A stretch of 64,000 bases of DNA from a virus (IMGVR_UViG_3300022309_000005:8806-72805); one strand, 5' to 3'; counted from the first letter of the stretch, positions 8,180 through 18,303 are shown. Translations and numbers: made by a program. The notes: generated from the letters alone by a model not told the origin.

Positions 8180-9934
8180 CTATCTCACGTTCCGGAGCGC
8201 CTCGGCAAGACGCCGCCGCCTGCGCCTCTCCTCGGGCTCACGCGGAGTCTCCTCCGGCTCCATCGCCAGCGCCCGCGCCATCGCCGAGCCCAGACCCGCC
8301 CCGGTCGCCATGCGCTCGGCGACGGGCGTCATGGCCGCCAGCCTCGACGCGCCGAAGAGCGCCCGCGCGGCCGGATCTGCCACGCCAGCGGCCCAGGTCG
8401 AAGGGCCGCGACCTCGGGCGATGTTGAGCGCGGCTCGCCCGAACAGCGGGGCCGGGCTCCCTGTGGTGGTGGCCGCGGTCATCTCCAGCACGCCCGGCCC
8501 CATCCCGCGCCTGGAGGCCGCGGCAACGCCGCGCTCGGCCGCCTCGGACGCCTGGATCAGCCTGCCGAGCCGCTGCTTCGTCGGGATGAAGCTCTCCGCC
8601 GCCTCGACGACCTCTGGGGTGGCGGTTGGGCTGGATGCGGCTTCCATGATCGCCCGCTCGTTCGCCTCGCGCATCATGGAGGCGATCTCCTTGCGCGCTT
8701 CGTTGATCGCCTTGCTGTCGATCACCTCGTAGGCAACAGGCTCCTGGAGGCTGCGCTTCAGGCTCTCCGCCTGGCCCAACCCAAGCCTACCACGGCGCCC
8801 GAGCCCGGCCTGCTGACCGAGCCGCGCCTTCTCAACCGCCTGTTCGCCAGCCCGGACATACAGCTCGGGGACGGCTTCGATCATCGTCTGCGGGCGCAAC
8901 TCTGCCGATCTGATGACAAGGTCTCGCGCCAGGATCCGTGCGTCTGGACCCTGGACGCCTGCCCGCTCGAGCGCATCGATGATCTCGCCGTAGGTCGCGC
9001 CCACGGCCTCCCGCTTGCTGGTGAGCCGCTCGAGCGCGCCCTGCGTCGTCCCGAACGGAACGATTCCGCCTTCGCGGATGGCGGCAAGGGCTACCTCGTC
9101 GGGGATCTTCCGAACGCCGCCACGAAGCTGATCCGCCCCGCCCAGCAGCGTCCGCAAGCCCCACTTCGCCGCCGACTTCTCCGCCGCACGGCCGGCCGCC
9201 CGAAGCGCCGCCGGGGCCGCCTTCCCGAGCGCAGCGCCGGCCAGACCTCCGGCGGTCCCGAGCGCCGCGCCGCGGCCGACCTCACGCAGGGCCTCCGGAC
9301 TGCCCGGGGGCTCCGCGCTCGCGCCCAGGCCGGCCAAGCCCCCGGCGCCGCCCGCCGAAACCAGGAGGCGAGCGGCGTTCGCCGCCGGCGTCCCGCCCAT
9401 GCCGGGCTGGGCGCCGGGGAGGAGCGCGGTGGCGAGCGAGCCCGCCAGCTCGCCGGCCATGTACTCCTGCGGGCGCTGCTTCTGGGCCTGGACGAGTTCC
9501 GTCCGCATCCGGTCCCGGAGCTGCTCGTAGGCGAGCGGATCGTCCCGGACCGCCGCGAGTTGCTGGGCGAGGGCCTCTTCTTTGATGCGGCGGATCTCCG
9601 GAGTGTCGTCGGGCGATGGAGCGAACTGCGGCCCGAGCGTCACCGGCGGCGGCTGGAGTCCGGCCCCGGTCGCCAGCCCGGCCCCCAGCTCCTCGCCGAA
9701 TCCGAGCGTCCCGCCCTGGGACAGGCCGAGGATCTGGGCGCGGTTCGGCGTGATGGCGCCCGGGTCGTAGCCCCCGGAGAGTCTGACGCCCTGCGCGTAC
9801 GGATCCGGCGTCACGTCCGGCAGGCCCAGGGCCGCGGCCTCGTCCGGGGTGAGCAGGCGTCCGGGCGCGGCGGGCGGCTCGGTGTCCAGGCCCAGCGCCC
9901 GCGCTTCTTCTGCGGAGAGAAGTCGAGGGGGCAT
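8180..9934 (-). CDS. DNA ejection / internal virion protein 3
   Basis: Ala/Gly-rich helical protein in the ejection position; homolog 44508-46259. Confidence 0.7.
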   Translation of the reverse strand: MPPRLLSAEEARALGLDTEPPAAPGRLLTPDEAAALGLPDVTPDPYAQGVRLSGGYDPGAITPNRAQILGLSQGGTLGFGEELGAGLATGAGLQPPPVTLGPQFAPSPDDTPEIRRIKEEALAQQLAAVRDDPLAYEQLRDRMRTELVQAQKQRPQEYMAGELAGSLATALLPGAQPGMGGTPAANAARLLVSAGGAGGLAGLGASAEPPGSPEALREVGRGAALGTAGGLAGAALGKAAPAALRAAGRAAEKSAAKWGLRTLLGGADQLRGGVRKIPDEVALAAIREGGIVPFGTTQGALERLTSKREAVGATYGEIIDALERAGVQGPDARILARDLVIRSAELRPQTMIEAVPELYVRAGEQAVEKARLGQQAGLGRRGRLGLGQAESLKRSLQEPVAYEVIDSKAINEARKEIASMMREANERAIMEAASSPTATPEVVEAAESFIPTKQRLGRLIQASEAAERGVAAASRRGMGPGVLEMTAATTTGSPAPLFGRAALNIARGRGPSTWAAGVADPAARALFGASRLAAMTPVAERMATGAGLGSAMARALAMEPEETPREPEERRRRRRLAEALRNVR

Positions 9935-11041
9935 CTACTCCTCCACCCAGCCTTTGGCCGTCTTCGTGTACCGCTTCCCGCCGATGGTGCGCGTTTCGGC
10001 TGGCGTCAACGGTGGAGCGGCGAGGCCGAGATCCGGCAGGACTTCGGCCGGATCCAGGCCGGCGTTTCGGACGTAGCCGCCGAACTCCCGAGACAGCTTC
10101 AGGGCCGGCGCCGCCTGCGCCGTGTAGAGTCCCTGCCCGAGCCTCACGAAGGACGAGCGCTGATCCGGGGTCAAGAATTGGCCGTCGAGTGCCTTGTTGT
10201 AAAGGTTCTTGATCTGCTCCGGGATGCCAGCGGCGTTGCGGGCCGTCGCGTACTCGCCTTCACGGACTGCCGAGCCCGGGTCGAGCATCTTCATGTAGCT
10301 GAAAATCATCGCCATGTCGCCGGCCGCGTTGGACGAGGCGGCGCCGCGCTGGAGCTTGTCGAGCGCAACGCGCAGGGAGATCGCTTCCTTCACGGGTTGG
10401 AGGCCCATGAACTCCTTGCGGATGTCCTGGCCCAGCTTCGTCAGGTCCTCGCCCTTCTTTGTGGTCGCCGCCCGCTCGGCCGCCTCGAGCTTGCGCGCCG
10501 CCTGCCCGGCCTCGAACTCCTGCCCGCCGAGTCGCTCGCCGCGGGCGAACTCCTGCTGCTGGAGCCGCTGCGCGTACGGCCCGAGGAACGGATCCCCGGA
10601 CACAGCGGCGGTCTGGATCATCCGCTGGCGCCCGAGCAGCGCATCGGCGAGGGCCTGTTGCCGCTCCTCCGGCGTCGCCTCCGGGAGGATGCCCGAGGCG
10701 TCCGGCGCGGTGAGGCCCTGGAGCGCCGCCGCTCGGCCGCGGGCCTGGGCGCGCTGGTTGGCGGCGATGGCCTCGCGCGCCTGGCGCTCTCCGAGGAGCG
10801 AGGCCCCGGTCTGGAGCACGTCGCCGATCCCGCCCAGGGCCGCGCCCCATCCCGTCGTGTGCTGGCGTCCGAGGCCCTGCCGAAGGGCCGCGGCCTGGGC
10901 GAGCTGCTGGCGCAGAAGCTCGTCTCGCCCCGCCAGCTCGCCGAGGTCGAGGACCTCCTCGTAGGGCGTGGTCCCGGGCACGGCCGGCGCCGCCCCGTAG
11001 GCTGGACCGCTCATCATCGCTCGGAGTCGCTGCGGCGCCAT
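9935..11041 (-). CDS. DNA ejection / internal virion protein 2
   Basis: GDMAMIFSYMKMLDPGSAVREGE motif; homolog 46260-47366. Confidence 0.75.
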   Translation of the reverse strand: MAPQRLRAMMSGPAYGAAPAVPGTTPYEEVLDLGELAGRDELLRQQLAQAAALRQGLGRQHTTGWGAALGGIGDVLQTGASLLGERQAREAIAANQRAQARGRAAALQGLTAPDASGILPEATPEERQQALADALLGRQRMIQTAAVSGDPFLGPYAQRLQQQEFARGERLGGQEFEAGQAARKLEAAERAATTKKGEDLTKLGQDIRKEFMGLQPVKEAISLRVALDKLQRGAASSNAAGDMAMIFSYMKMLDPGSAVREGEYATARNAAGIPEQIKNLYNKALDGQFLTPDQRSSFVRLGQGLYTAQAAPALKLSREFGGYVRNAGLDPAEVLPDLGLAAPPLTPAETRTIGGKRYTKTAKGWVEE

Positions 11042-11042
11042 G

Positions 11043-11819
11043 TCAGAGCCCCAGGAGGAACGGGAGGAACTGGAGGAGCGCGCCGCCCGCCTGGGCGCCG
11101 CCGCCGATGGTGTCGGCGAGCATCTGCTGCTGTGACTGCCACCGGGCGATGTCCGCGTTGGACTGGGCGATGCCAGCCGGAAGGAGCTGGGCGCCCTGGG
11201 TCTGCTGGACGCCCGGCATGGCAAGGAAGCCCTGGAGCTGGGCCAGCTCCTCGAGCGGCTGAGCGCGGCCACGGAGGGCCTCGGCGAGGGCCTGCTGGCG
11301 GGCGGTGAGGTTCTGCCCGAAGAGCGCCTGACCGGCGGCGGTCCCCTGGCCGATGGCGGCGTTCAAAGCCGTCTGGTAGGCGTCCGTGCGCTGGGTCCCG
11401 AGCTCGCCCATGGCGCCGCGGTACGCCTCGGAGGTCGGGTCGAGCCCCTGCCCGAGGAGCTGCGTCCGGAGCGCCTCCTCGCGCCGCGCCCACATCGGAT
11501 CCAACCGGGAGGCCGCCTGCCCGTAGGCCGCCTCGATGGCCTGCTGTCGGGCCTGCTCGCCCGTGCCGAGTCCCGGGAGGCCGCTCAGGTCGAGCGGCTG
11601 GCCCAGCGCCGCCGCGGCCTGGCCGCCCACCTGCAGGGCCGCGCCGGCGAGAGGGCCGCCGAAGCCGGTCTGCATCGTCCAGCCGCCGCCCGGGGTCTGC
11701 TCCCAGGTCTGCGTCCCGAAGGGCGTTGTGATGTCCGGCCGGTTCGCCGCCGTGGTCTGCTGGGCCTGCTCGCGAGCCAAGCCCAGGAAATCCGGGGGCC
11801 TCGGTGCCTGTTGACCCAT
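11043..11819 (-). CDS. DNA ejection / internal virion protein 1
   Basis: Gln/Ala/Gly-rich, TANRPDITTPFG N-terminus; homolog 47368-48147. Confidence 0.75.
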   Translation of the reverse strand: MGQQAPRPPDFLGLAREQAQQTTAANRPDITTPFGTQTWEQTPGGGWTMQTGFGGPLAGAALQVGGQAAAALGQPLDLSGLPGLGTGEQARQQAIEAAYGQAASRLDPMWARREEALRTQLLGQGLDPTSEAYRGAMGELGTQRTDAYQTALNAAIGQGTAAGQALFGQNLTARQQALAEALRGRAQPLEELAQLQGFLAMPGVQQTQGAQLLPAGIAQSNADIARWQSQQQMLADTIGGGAQAGGALLQFLPFLLGL

Positions 11820-11820
11820 G

Positions 11821-12237
11821 TCAAGCCGCCTTTCTGCGCTCGATCTCGGCGCCCGCAGGGAGCCGAAGCTCGAGGATGAGCAAGTCGTCGCCAGCCGCCC
11901 AACCGTCCGCAATCCGGCATTTTTCCACGAATCCCATGCGCTTGGCCAGTGCCACGGACCGCGCCCGGTGCGCCGGGACGAGCCCCAGGGCGAGCGAGCG
12001 TCCAACCTGGCCGAGGTACTCGAAGAAGGCCGCCCGGAGGGTCCGCGCCGCGATGGGGGCGTCGAGCGCGACGTGGCACTGGCACCCCGACTCCGTCCAG
12101 GCGTCGAAGGCAACCATCCCGCGGATCTCCCCGGCGGAGTCCACGGCGGCGATGGCACGGGCGCCGGCGGTGAACGCGTAGCCCGTCCGGCTGGCGATCC
12201 AGCCGATCTCGTCGGGCGTGGCGGCGCGAGCCTTCAC
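11821..12237 (-). CDS. GNAT-fold acetyltransferase-like virion assembly protein
   Basis: GMVAFDAW...SVALAKRMGFVEK; position between tail tube B and ejection genes. Confidence 0.72.
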   Translation of the reverse strand: MKARAATPDEIGWIASRTGYAFTAGARAIAAVDSAGEIRGMVAFDAWTESGCQCHVALDAPIAARTLRAAFFEYLGQVGRSLALGLVPAHRARSVALAKRMGFVEKCRIADGWAAGDDLLILELRLPAGAEIERRKAA

Positions 12238-13802
12238 AGCGGCCCCCCGGTCGTAAAGGTGACGTCCACGCCCACCAGCGTGCTCCGGGCGATGGCATTC
12301 CAACGCACGGCGACCGCGGCCTCGCGCCCCATGCCGGACGCGCCCCTGACGGGCGCCGTGGTGAGGTAGTCCGGACCCCACTTGGACACGCCCCAAACGG
12401 CCGAGCCCCACGCGCTCGGGCCGCCGCCTCCAACGCCGCTCGGGCCGGCTGGCTCGTCCGTGGCGTATCCGTACCGCGCCACCGTCGTCGAGGCGATGTT
12501 GGCCGCCCCGCCGACGAAGATCGGGCGGATCGTCTGGATCTGCTTCCACCGCTGATCGCCGAGGGTCTGGTAGGCCGTCAGGATGGAAGCCTCAACCGGC
12601 GCCCCGTCGTCGAGCCAGTTGATGGTCCGGCACACCCGCCCGTCCGCCGTGCCGAAGAAGAGCAGGCCATCCCAGGTCGCCGCCGAGAAGATGGGGAGGC
12701 CCCTCCAGCGAGTGGCCGCGCCGGTGACCGTCGATATGGCGATCTGCTCGGTGGGCGAGCCTCCCACGGTCGGAATGGCGACAAGGATCGCGCGGTCCAA
12801 CGGATGCAGGTAGAGCGCCCAGCCCCGTAGGGTTCCGCGCTGCGCCGCGAGCGCCGAGAAGATGGGGTCCACCCAACGGGTCACATAGATCTTCCGGTCC
12901 TGTGGATCCGACCCGAGCACGAGCCGGGAGAGCGGTAGCACGCCGATCAACGTCAACAGGAGCAGCTCTCCGCCGCTGTCCATGGCGATGGTCCGTCCGC
13001 GCGGCACACCCCCGGTGTACCAGGCGCCCTTGACGGCCCAGGTCGAAGCGCTCGCCGGGTCCGTGCCCTGGTACACAACCACGTCCCCGCCGCTCCCGAC
13101 GATGACGAGCAGATCGTCCGGGCCGGCCCCGCCGTCGTAGCTCCAGGTCCACGCGCCGACGACGGTTCCGCCGTGCGGCAGGAGCGCGCCCACGGCGAAC
13201 TTGACCGCCGTTCCGTAGATGGCTCCGGCCGGCAGATACCAGAGATTCGCGGTGTCGCGTTCGGCGAACCAGACGCGGCCCTTGTGCGTCGTCACGAAGA
13301 CGAGTTTTGACGGATCCACGCCGTTGATCTCGGTTGGACCCGCGCCGCCGTCCACCTTCGACCACGTCTGTGATGCCTCGGAGTAGATGTAATATCCGTT
13401 CGCTTCGTCGCACGATAGCAGAAAATGACCAGCAGCAGTCACGCATCCGCGCGACACGGAATATCCAGAGTCCCCAGACACAACCGGGAAGACGGCGACT
13501 TGCGACGGTGGGCCGCCGTAGGCCGTGACGTTCCAGATTCCCGTGGCCGTGGTGGCAAACAGGCGATCTCCACTGGATGCCGCGGCGGCTCCGGCGAACG
13601 CCATCATGCTGCGCACTTCACCGTTCGCGCCTCCCGTCAAGCCGCTCAGCCACTCGTCGAAGCCGCTCCGCGCCCGCAGCCCGAGCTCGTCCGGGATGGC
13701 GTTCCAGGCGTACACACAGCGATCCGCGCGCATCGCCCCGGCCGGGGAGACGGCGTCGATCCCCATGCTCGGCGCTGGGATGTTGGCGCTCGAGACGGGC
13801 AT
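12234..13802 (-). CDS. Tail tubular protein B / DNA stabilisation protein (P22 gp10 / T7 gp12 position)
   Basis: 522 aa beta-propeller-like (HKGRVWFAER...), synteny. Confidence 0.8.
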   Translation of the reverse strand: MPVSSANIPAPSMGIDAVSPAGAMRADRCVYAWNAIPDELGLRARSGFDEWLSGLTGGANGEVRSMMAFAGAAAASSGDRLFATTATGIWNVTAYGGPPSQVAVFPVVSGDSGYSVSRGCVTAAGHFLLSCDEANGYYIYSEASQTWSKVDGGAGPTEINGVDPSKLVFVTTHKGRVWFAERDTANLWYLPAGAIYGTAVKFAVGALLPHGGTVVGAWTWSYDGGAGPDDLLVIVGSGGDVVVYQGTDPASASTWAVKGAWYTGGVPRGRTIAMDSGGELLLLTLIGVLPLSRLVLGSDPQDRKIYVTRWVDPIFSALAAQRGTLRGWALYLHPLDRAILVAIPTVGGSPTEQIAISTVTGAATRWRGLPIFSAATWDGLLFFGTADGRVCRTINWLDDGAPVEASILTAYQTLGDQRWKQIQTIRPIFVGGAANIASTTVARYGYATDEPAGPSGVGGGGPSAWGSAVWGVSKWGPDYLTTAPVRGASGMGREAAVAVRWNAIARSTLVGVDVTFTTGGPL

Positions 13803-13805
13803 GGG

Positions 13806-14528
13806 CTACCCGTATCCCGTCGGGGGGAGGTTCTGCCAGTCGAGCAGGCGGAGACCTGGGCCTGGACGATCCAGCGGCAGGGCCGGGTGAGCCGGAATCG
13901 ACGTGGCGATGGCGATCCGCTTCAGGCGCTCGAACTCGGCGCGCGCCGCCTCCGCCCCTGGGAGCTGTCGGCGCTCCCGGAACATGAAGATCAACATCGG
14001 AACCAACAGGGTCGCGTCGAAAAGAAGCACGTCGGTGTTGAGCGTCGGCGCGTCCTTGGCCGGCGTGGTTGTCGCCGCCAGGGCCACCCAGTGCCGCGAG
14101 AGGTACTCGTAGGCGATGGTCTCTCCGGCTGCTGGGGGCTGTGGCCAGAGCTCCACCTTGCCCGCCAGCGGCCGGAAGGTGGCGGTGTAGGCCGTGGCTC
14201 CCGAGGTGGCCTTGAGGTACTGCCAGATCTCCCCGTTGACGGGCTGCATCTGCACCTCGACGGAGCGATTCCACGCCGTCTGGGTCAGCATCCGCGAGAA
14301 GTCCGCCGGGAGGTTGTAGGACGTGTCCGTGGTGGTGGCGAAGCTGGCCTCGACCCGTAGCTGCACCCACTCGGCATCGAGCGCCAGCGCGCGCCCCCCG
14401 CTCTTCAGGAGGGCGCGCATCTGAACGATGGCTGGATCCGTTGAGCCGAACACGTCCGACACCGCCTCGAGTCCACACTCGACGGCGGCATCCGAGACGA
14501 CTTCGGCGACGGTTCCGAAGAGCGCCAT
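13806..14528 (-). CDS. Tail tubular protein A / head-tail adaptor
   Basis: YNLPADFSRM...YEYLSRHWV, synteny. Confidence 0.78.
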   Translation of the reverse strand: MALFGTVAEVVSDAAVECGLEAVSDVFGSTDPAIVQMRALLKSGGRALALDAEWVQLRVEASFATTTDTSYNLPADFSRMLTQTAWNRSVEVQMQPVNGEIWQYLKATSGATAYTATFRPLAGKVELWPQPPAAGETIAYEYLSRHWVALAATTTPAKDAPTLNTDVLLFDATLLVPMLIFMFRERRQLPGAEAARAEFERLKRIAIATSIPAHPALPLDRPGPGLRLLDWQNLPPTGYG

Positions 14529-14537
14529 CGCGTCCGC

Positions 14538-15326
14538 CTACTGGGCGTTGACCAGCGCGTTCACCGTCGCCTGAAGCTCGGCGATGTCGTGGCGTAGGTT
14601 GGTGACGGCGGTCGTGGTGATGTTCTGCTTCGCCGCGAGCTGCGCGATGGCCGCCGTGGTCGGTGCGAGGTCAGCGCTTCCGGCGTTGGCTGCCTGGGTG
14701 ACGGCGGCGATGATGTTGTCGCCGGGGTCCACGCCGCCGCTGCTGTCGGTGATGGTGGCGGCCGGCGTCACGGCGGCGATGGTTCCGGTCTCCGGACCTC
14801 CGCCGCTGTCTCCGGTGAGCGCCGCCACGGCGTACTGGGAGGGGTAGGACGGGTACTGAAGCTCGAATTCTGCCAGCCCCTCGCCATCGACCGCGGAGGC
14901 GCCGCGAGCGTTCGCGACCTTGTCTCCGGGAGCGACTGCATCGTCGATGACGCCGGGCGTGGCGGTCGCGTAGACCTCGCCACCGTCGGCATACCCGGCC
15001 GCCGCCTTGCCAATGGCCTTGCCGGTGATCTGGTACCAGCCGAACTCGCCAGCACCACACGCCGACATCGCCACCGCCACCGGACCGGCAAAGGCGCCGC
15101 TGCCCTCGACGAGGTTGGTGGAGTGGTCATCCTCGAGGTAGCACGCCCAGGAGCCCACCGCGGTTCCGGCGACGCCCTTCAGGTAGATGAACTCGGCCGA
15201 GCCGTAGCTCTCGTCTCGGAAGGCGGCCCGCGTGCCGAGCGAGTGCTGCTGGGTGGTGGAGGACTGCTGGCAAGGCTGCAAGCCGAGCTGCCCGCCGTAC
15301 TGCTTCCAGGTTCCAATCGTCGCCAT
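14538..15326 (-). CDS. Capsid decoration/cement protein with C-terminal extension
   Basis: EFIYLKGVAGT, GPVAVAMSA, FGWYQITGKA core ending near QYP, then coiled-coil tail. Confidence 0.65.
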   Translation of the reverse strand: MATIGTWKQYGGQLGLQPCQQSSTTQQHSLGTRAAFRDESYGSAEFIYLKGVAGTAVGSWACYLEDDHSTNLVEGSGAFAGPVAVAMSACGAGEFGWYQITGKAIGKAAAGYADGGEVYATATPGVIDDAVAPGDKVANARGASAVDGEGLAEFELQYPSYPSQYAVAALTGDSGGGPETGTIAAVTPAATITDSSGGVDPGDNIIAAVTQAANAGSADLAPTTAAIAQLAAKQNITTTAVTNLRHDIAELQATVNALVNAQ

Positions 15327-15347
15327 CGCGTATTCCCTTCTTTCGCC

Positions 15348-15998
15348 TTACTTCGTGGTCTTGCTGTCCTTCGGCCGCTCGGCAGCCGCCTTCTCGAGCG
15401 CCTCGATGCGCGCCATGAGCTGCTCGTTTTTCTCGCGCAGGTCCGAGAGCGGCGCCTCGCTGCTCATCGCCGCGAGGTAGTTCTGCGCCTTCTGGCGCTC
15501 GGTGACGATCCCGCGCCCCATCTGCTGGAGCGCCGAGTCCGGCACCGCCGCGAGCTGCTCGACCGTGGCGACGCCGAAGTGCTCCATCTCCTTCACGCGC
15601 TCGGGCGGCAGGGCGCCCCACTTCTCCAGCGGCATCCCGGAGACCTGCTGCGCGCCGTTCCGGAAAGCCTCGTACTTCTCCGGGTACAGGTACGGATCGA
15701 GGTTCGGCCGGACGGGGCGCTGCACGACGGCATCTTTGTCGCCGGGAGTGAGGATCTCGATGTACTCCTCTGGCTTGTAGATCGGCCGGCCGGCCGGCTC
15801 CACCCACCGCTTTTTCATCTCGCCGGTCTTCGTGTCCAGTTCCTCGATGTGGCCGCCGTACGTGGCCACCTCGTCGAGCTTCGAGACGTGGAAGAAGCGG
15901 ACGAACTTCGCATCCGCCGGCTTGATGTCTCCTCGGCGGACGACTTCGAGCTCGTTGATGGCCGCGAGCGACGGCGATCCCAGCTTGAACGGCTGCAT
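15348..15998 (-). CDS. Conserved phage protein after capsid (helix-hairpin-helix-like segment)
   Basis: GVATVEQLAAVPDSALQQMG; homolog 51678-52328. Confidence 0.75.
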   Translation of the reverse strand: MQPFKLGSPSLAAINELEVVRRGDIKPADAKFVRFFHVSKLDEVATYGGHIEELDTKTGEMKKRWVEPAGRPIYKPEEYIEILTPGDKDAVVQRPVRPNLDPYLYPEKYEAFRNGAQQVSGMPLEKWGALPPERVKEMEHFGVATVEQLAAVPDSALQQMGRGIVTERQKAQNYLAAMSSEAPLSDLREKNEQLMARIEALEKAAAERPKDSKTTK

Positions 15999-16072
15999 GC
16001 ATCACCTCGCGGGTGTTCGGGTGAAGGTGGGCAGGCCCGGCCACCCGTAACCAGGCCCGCCCGGTGCAACAG

Positions 16073-17047
16073 CTAGTCGCCCTTGAGCCGGCCGCAGTAC
16101 TGCATGCCGGATCCGCAGAGGTTGCCGGCGAAGCCGAGGAACTGGGCCGTCGCGTCCTGGTTGTACGCGGGCCGCTCCTTCTGGCCGAGCGGGACCATGT
16201 TCGTCCCGGCGTGCGGGCGCCAGCGGATCTTCATCGTGTTGATGAAGTACATGTCCGTCGCCGTGGCGAACCCGCCGACGCCGCCGTCGAGCACCACGTC
16301 CGCGCCCATGTACTTGAGGGCCGGGAAGCCCAGCTCGCCCACGGCTGCCTGCGTGAACTGCTGGAGCACCTGGAGGCTCGCCAGGAAGGTGGCCCAGATG
16401 GTGGAGCCCGCGAGGATGAGGTCCGGCCTGTCGGTGCCGCGCACGCACTTCGCCCAGAGCGCGTTCATGCTCGCCTGGATGGTGCCGCTCGTCGGCGTCA
16501 CGGCAGGATCCACGAGCTGGCTCCGCCACCACTCGTTCCCCGGGGTCGCCCGGTTGATGCCGCCGTAGGTGCCCACCGTGGGGTCCTGTGGGATGGCGAT
16601 GTCGAGGCCGGTGATCGCCTTGCCGCCGGAGCCGGTGCCGTCCGAGTAGATGCCCTGGGCGATCTGGTTCGCCATCGTGGCCTGGGCGTTGCGCACCTTG
16701 CCGGCGAGCAGATCGACGATCTGCGCCTTGCCGCCGTTCTGGATGCCCTCGAGGCCGGACATCACGACGCCCACCGCGTACTGCTTGATCGCGTACTCGG
16801 CCGCGGTGAGGACCTCGGCGTTGGCGGTGGGGAGGACGTCGTAGCCGGAGAAGTACCCTCCGTTCGCGTTCTCCGTGTAATCCAACGGCTCCACGATCTT
16901 GTACCCGCCGTCGAAGGTGCGCATCCGCCCCCTCTTCGACAGCTGGGCCAGGACGGCGTTGTTCTTCGTGACGTTGTCGGCGGTCTCTTTCGAGTGCGCC
17001 GCGAGGGAGGTTGCGAGGATCTGACCGTAGTTCGGATTGCCCGGCAT
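16073..17047 (-). CDS. Major capsid protein
   Basis: NPNYGQILATS...DNVTKNNAVL...YSDGTGSGGK motif set; about 95% identical to 52406-53380. Confidence 0.9.
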   Translation of the reverse strand: MPGNPNYGQILATSLAAHSKETADNVTKNNAVLAQLSKRGRMRTFDGGYKIVEPLDYTENANGGYFSGYDVLPTANAEVLTAAEYAIKQYAVGVVMSGLEGIQNGGKAQIVDLLAGKVRNAQATMANQIAQGIYSDGTGSGGKAITGLDIAIPQDPTVGTYGGINRATPGNEWWRSQLVDPAVTPTSGTIQASMNALWAKCVRGTDRPDLILAGSTIWATFLASLQVLQQFTQAAVGELGFPALKYMGADVVLDGGVGGFATATDMYFINTMKIRWRPHAGTNMVPLGQKERPAYNQDATAQFLGFAGNLCGSGMQYCGRLKGD

Positions 17048-17169
17048 GGCGTGTCACCACTGGAAAGCTCTGCGCAGCTCTTCGCGCGTGGGTGGCCCTT
17101 CGCCACTCGCCGCGCCCCGCTGCGTCTGGGGCTTCCCGGGTGAGTCTCCGACTCCCGGCGCTTCGTCTT
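17048..17169 (-). promoter_or_regulatory. Structured leader upstream of the major capsid gene
   Basis: Hairpins CCGGGAGT/ACTCACCCGG, GCCCC/GGGGC, GTGGC/GCCAC; conserved at 53381-53501 with a loop change. Confidence 0.5.
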
Positions 17170-18279
17170 CTACTCCGCCGCGAGCAGGGCCGTCAACGTG
17201 TCCTCGACGGTCGCTCGCCTGGCCGGCACCGGAGGGGCGCCGGGGTGCGTCTTGATGCTGCTCGACGCCTGGATGGCCGCTTGCGTGGAGGCGATGTTCG
17301 CCTTCGCAACTTCCGCGGCCTTCCGCTGCTCGATGATGGCCCGGATCTCCGGGTTCATCGCAACGGCTTGATCGTAGGCGGTTTCGAGGTCCGGCGCAAG
17401 ACCGGACTGGATGAGGAGCCCCATCTTCTCGCGCACATCCTGGAAGAAGGGCCGATCCTTGCCGAACGCCTCGACCGCATCCGCCGCGCGCTCCTGTTCG
17501 CGCTGCGCGCTCGACGTGGCCGCAGTGGCGATCTGCTGCTGGAGGGCGGAAATCTGCTGGAGGGCCTGATCGAGCCGCGGATCCGAGCGGGGCTGGGGCT
17601 TGCCGTCTGCCCCGCCGAGCCCGAGCGCGTCGTTGATGGCCTCCAGGTCGATCCGGTTGCGCTTGATGAGTGTCGCCACGGCCTCCGGCGCCCTGGGGCT
17701 CTGGAGCGTCGCGGCGAACTGCAAGAGGCTCTGGATCGCTGGGAGGGGCTCGGCACCCATCGCGCGCAGCATCGGCTCGTAGGGCCGGATGGCGCCCTCG
17801 ATCTCCTCCCGCCATCGCTTGTTTTCGATGGCCCTGGTCATGGCCGTCGAGACGTTGCGCTCCCGCCGGTCGATCTCCTGCTGCGCCCACTCCGGGAGCT
17901 CGCTGAAGCGCTCGCGCATCGCCGGCCCCCACGCCTGGGGGGCGCGGATCTTCGGGGCGGCCTTCGCCGGGTCCGCGGCGACCTCGGGCGGCTTCTCGCC
18001 GGGCGCCGCGGGCTCGGCCTTCGCCTCGGGCTTGAGCTTCTCGGCCTTGGCGCCCTCCGAAGCCTTCGCCGCCGGCTCCGTGGCCTTGGCGAAGCGCCCG
18101 GCGTCGTCGCGTGGCTTCTCGGCCTTCGCGGGCTCCGGAACGGCCGGCGCCGTCTCCACCGGGGTCTCGGGGGTGGCCGAAACCGCCGCCGGGATGGCCG
18201 CCTGTGGTGAGGTCGGAGCAGCTCCGGCCTCGCTCACCGCCGCGTCGTACGCCTCGCCAATCGCTTGATCCAGGTCCAT
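17170..18279 (-). CDS. Capsid scaffolding protein
   Basis: Pro/Ala-rich N-terminus with PRDDAGRFAK, helical core, DLETAYDQAV; lies between portal and capsid. Confidence 0.82.
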   Translation of the reverse strand: MDLDQAIGEAYDAAVSEAGAAPTSPQAAIPAAVSATPETPVETAPAVPEPAKAEKPRDDAGRFAKATEPAAKASEGAKAEKLKPEAKAEPAAPGEKPPEVAADPAKAAPKIRAPQAWGPAMRERFSELPEWAQQEIDRRERNVSTAMTRAIENKRWREEIEGAIRPYEPMLRAMGAEPLPAIQSLLQFAATLQSPRAPEAVATLIKRNRIDLEAINDALGLGGADGKPQPRSDPRLDQALQQISALQQQIATAATSSAQREQERAADAVEAFGKDRPFFQDVREKMGLLIQSGLAPDLETAYDQAVAMNPEIRAIIEQRKAAEVAKANIASTQAAIQASSSIKTHPGAPPVPARRATVEDTLTALLAAE

Positions 18280-18303
18280 GGTTCCCTCGGGTGTGTCGCG
18301 GGC

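Noticed and set aside
8138-11308. 1056-aa plus-strand ORF and many other long overlapping ORFs in the track
   Set aside because: Antisense or off-frame shadows of real genes in high-GC DNA; Arg/Pro/Gly-rich, no SD, not conserved as frames between the two copies
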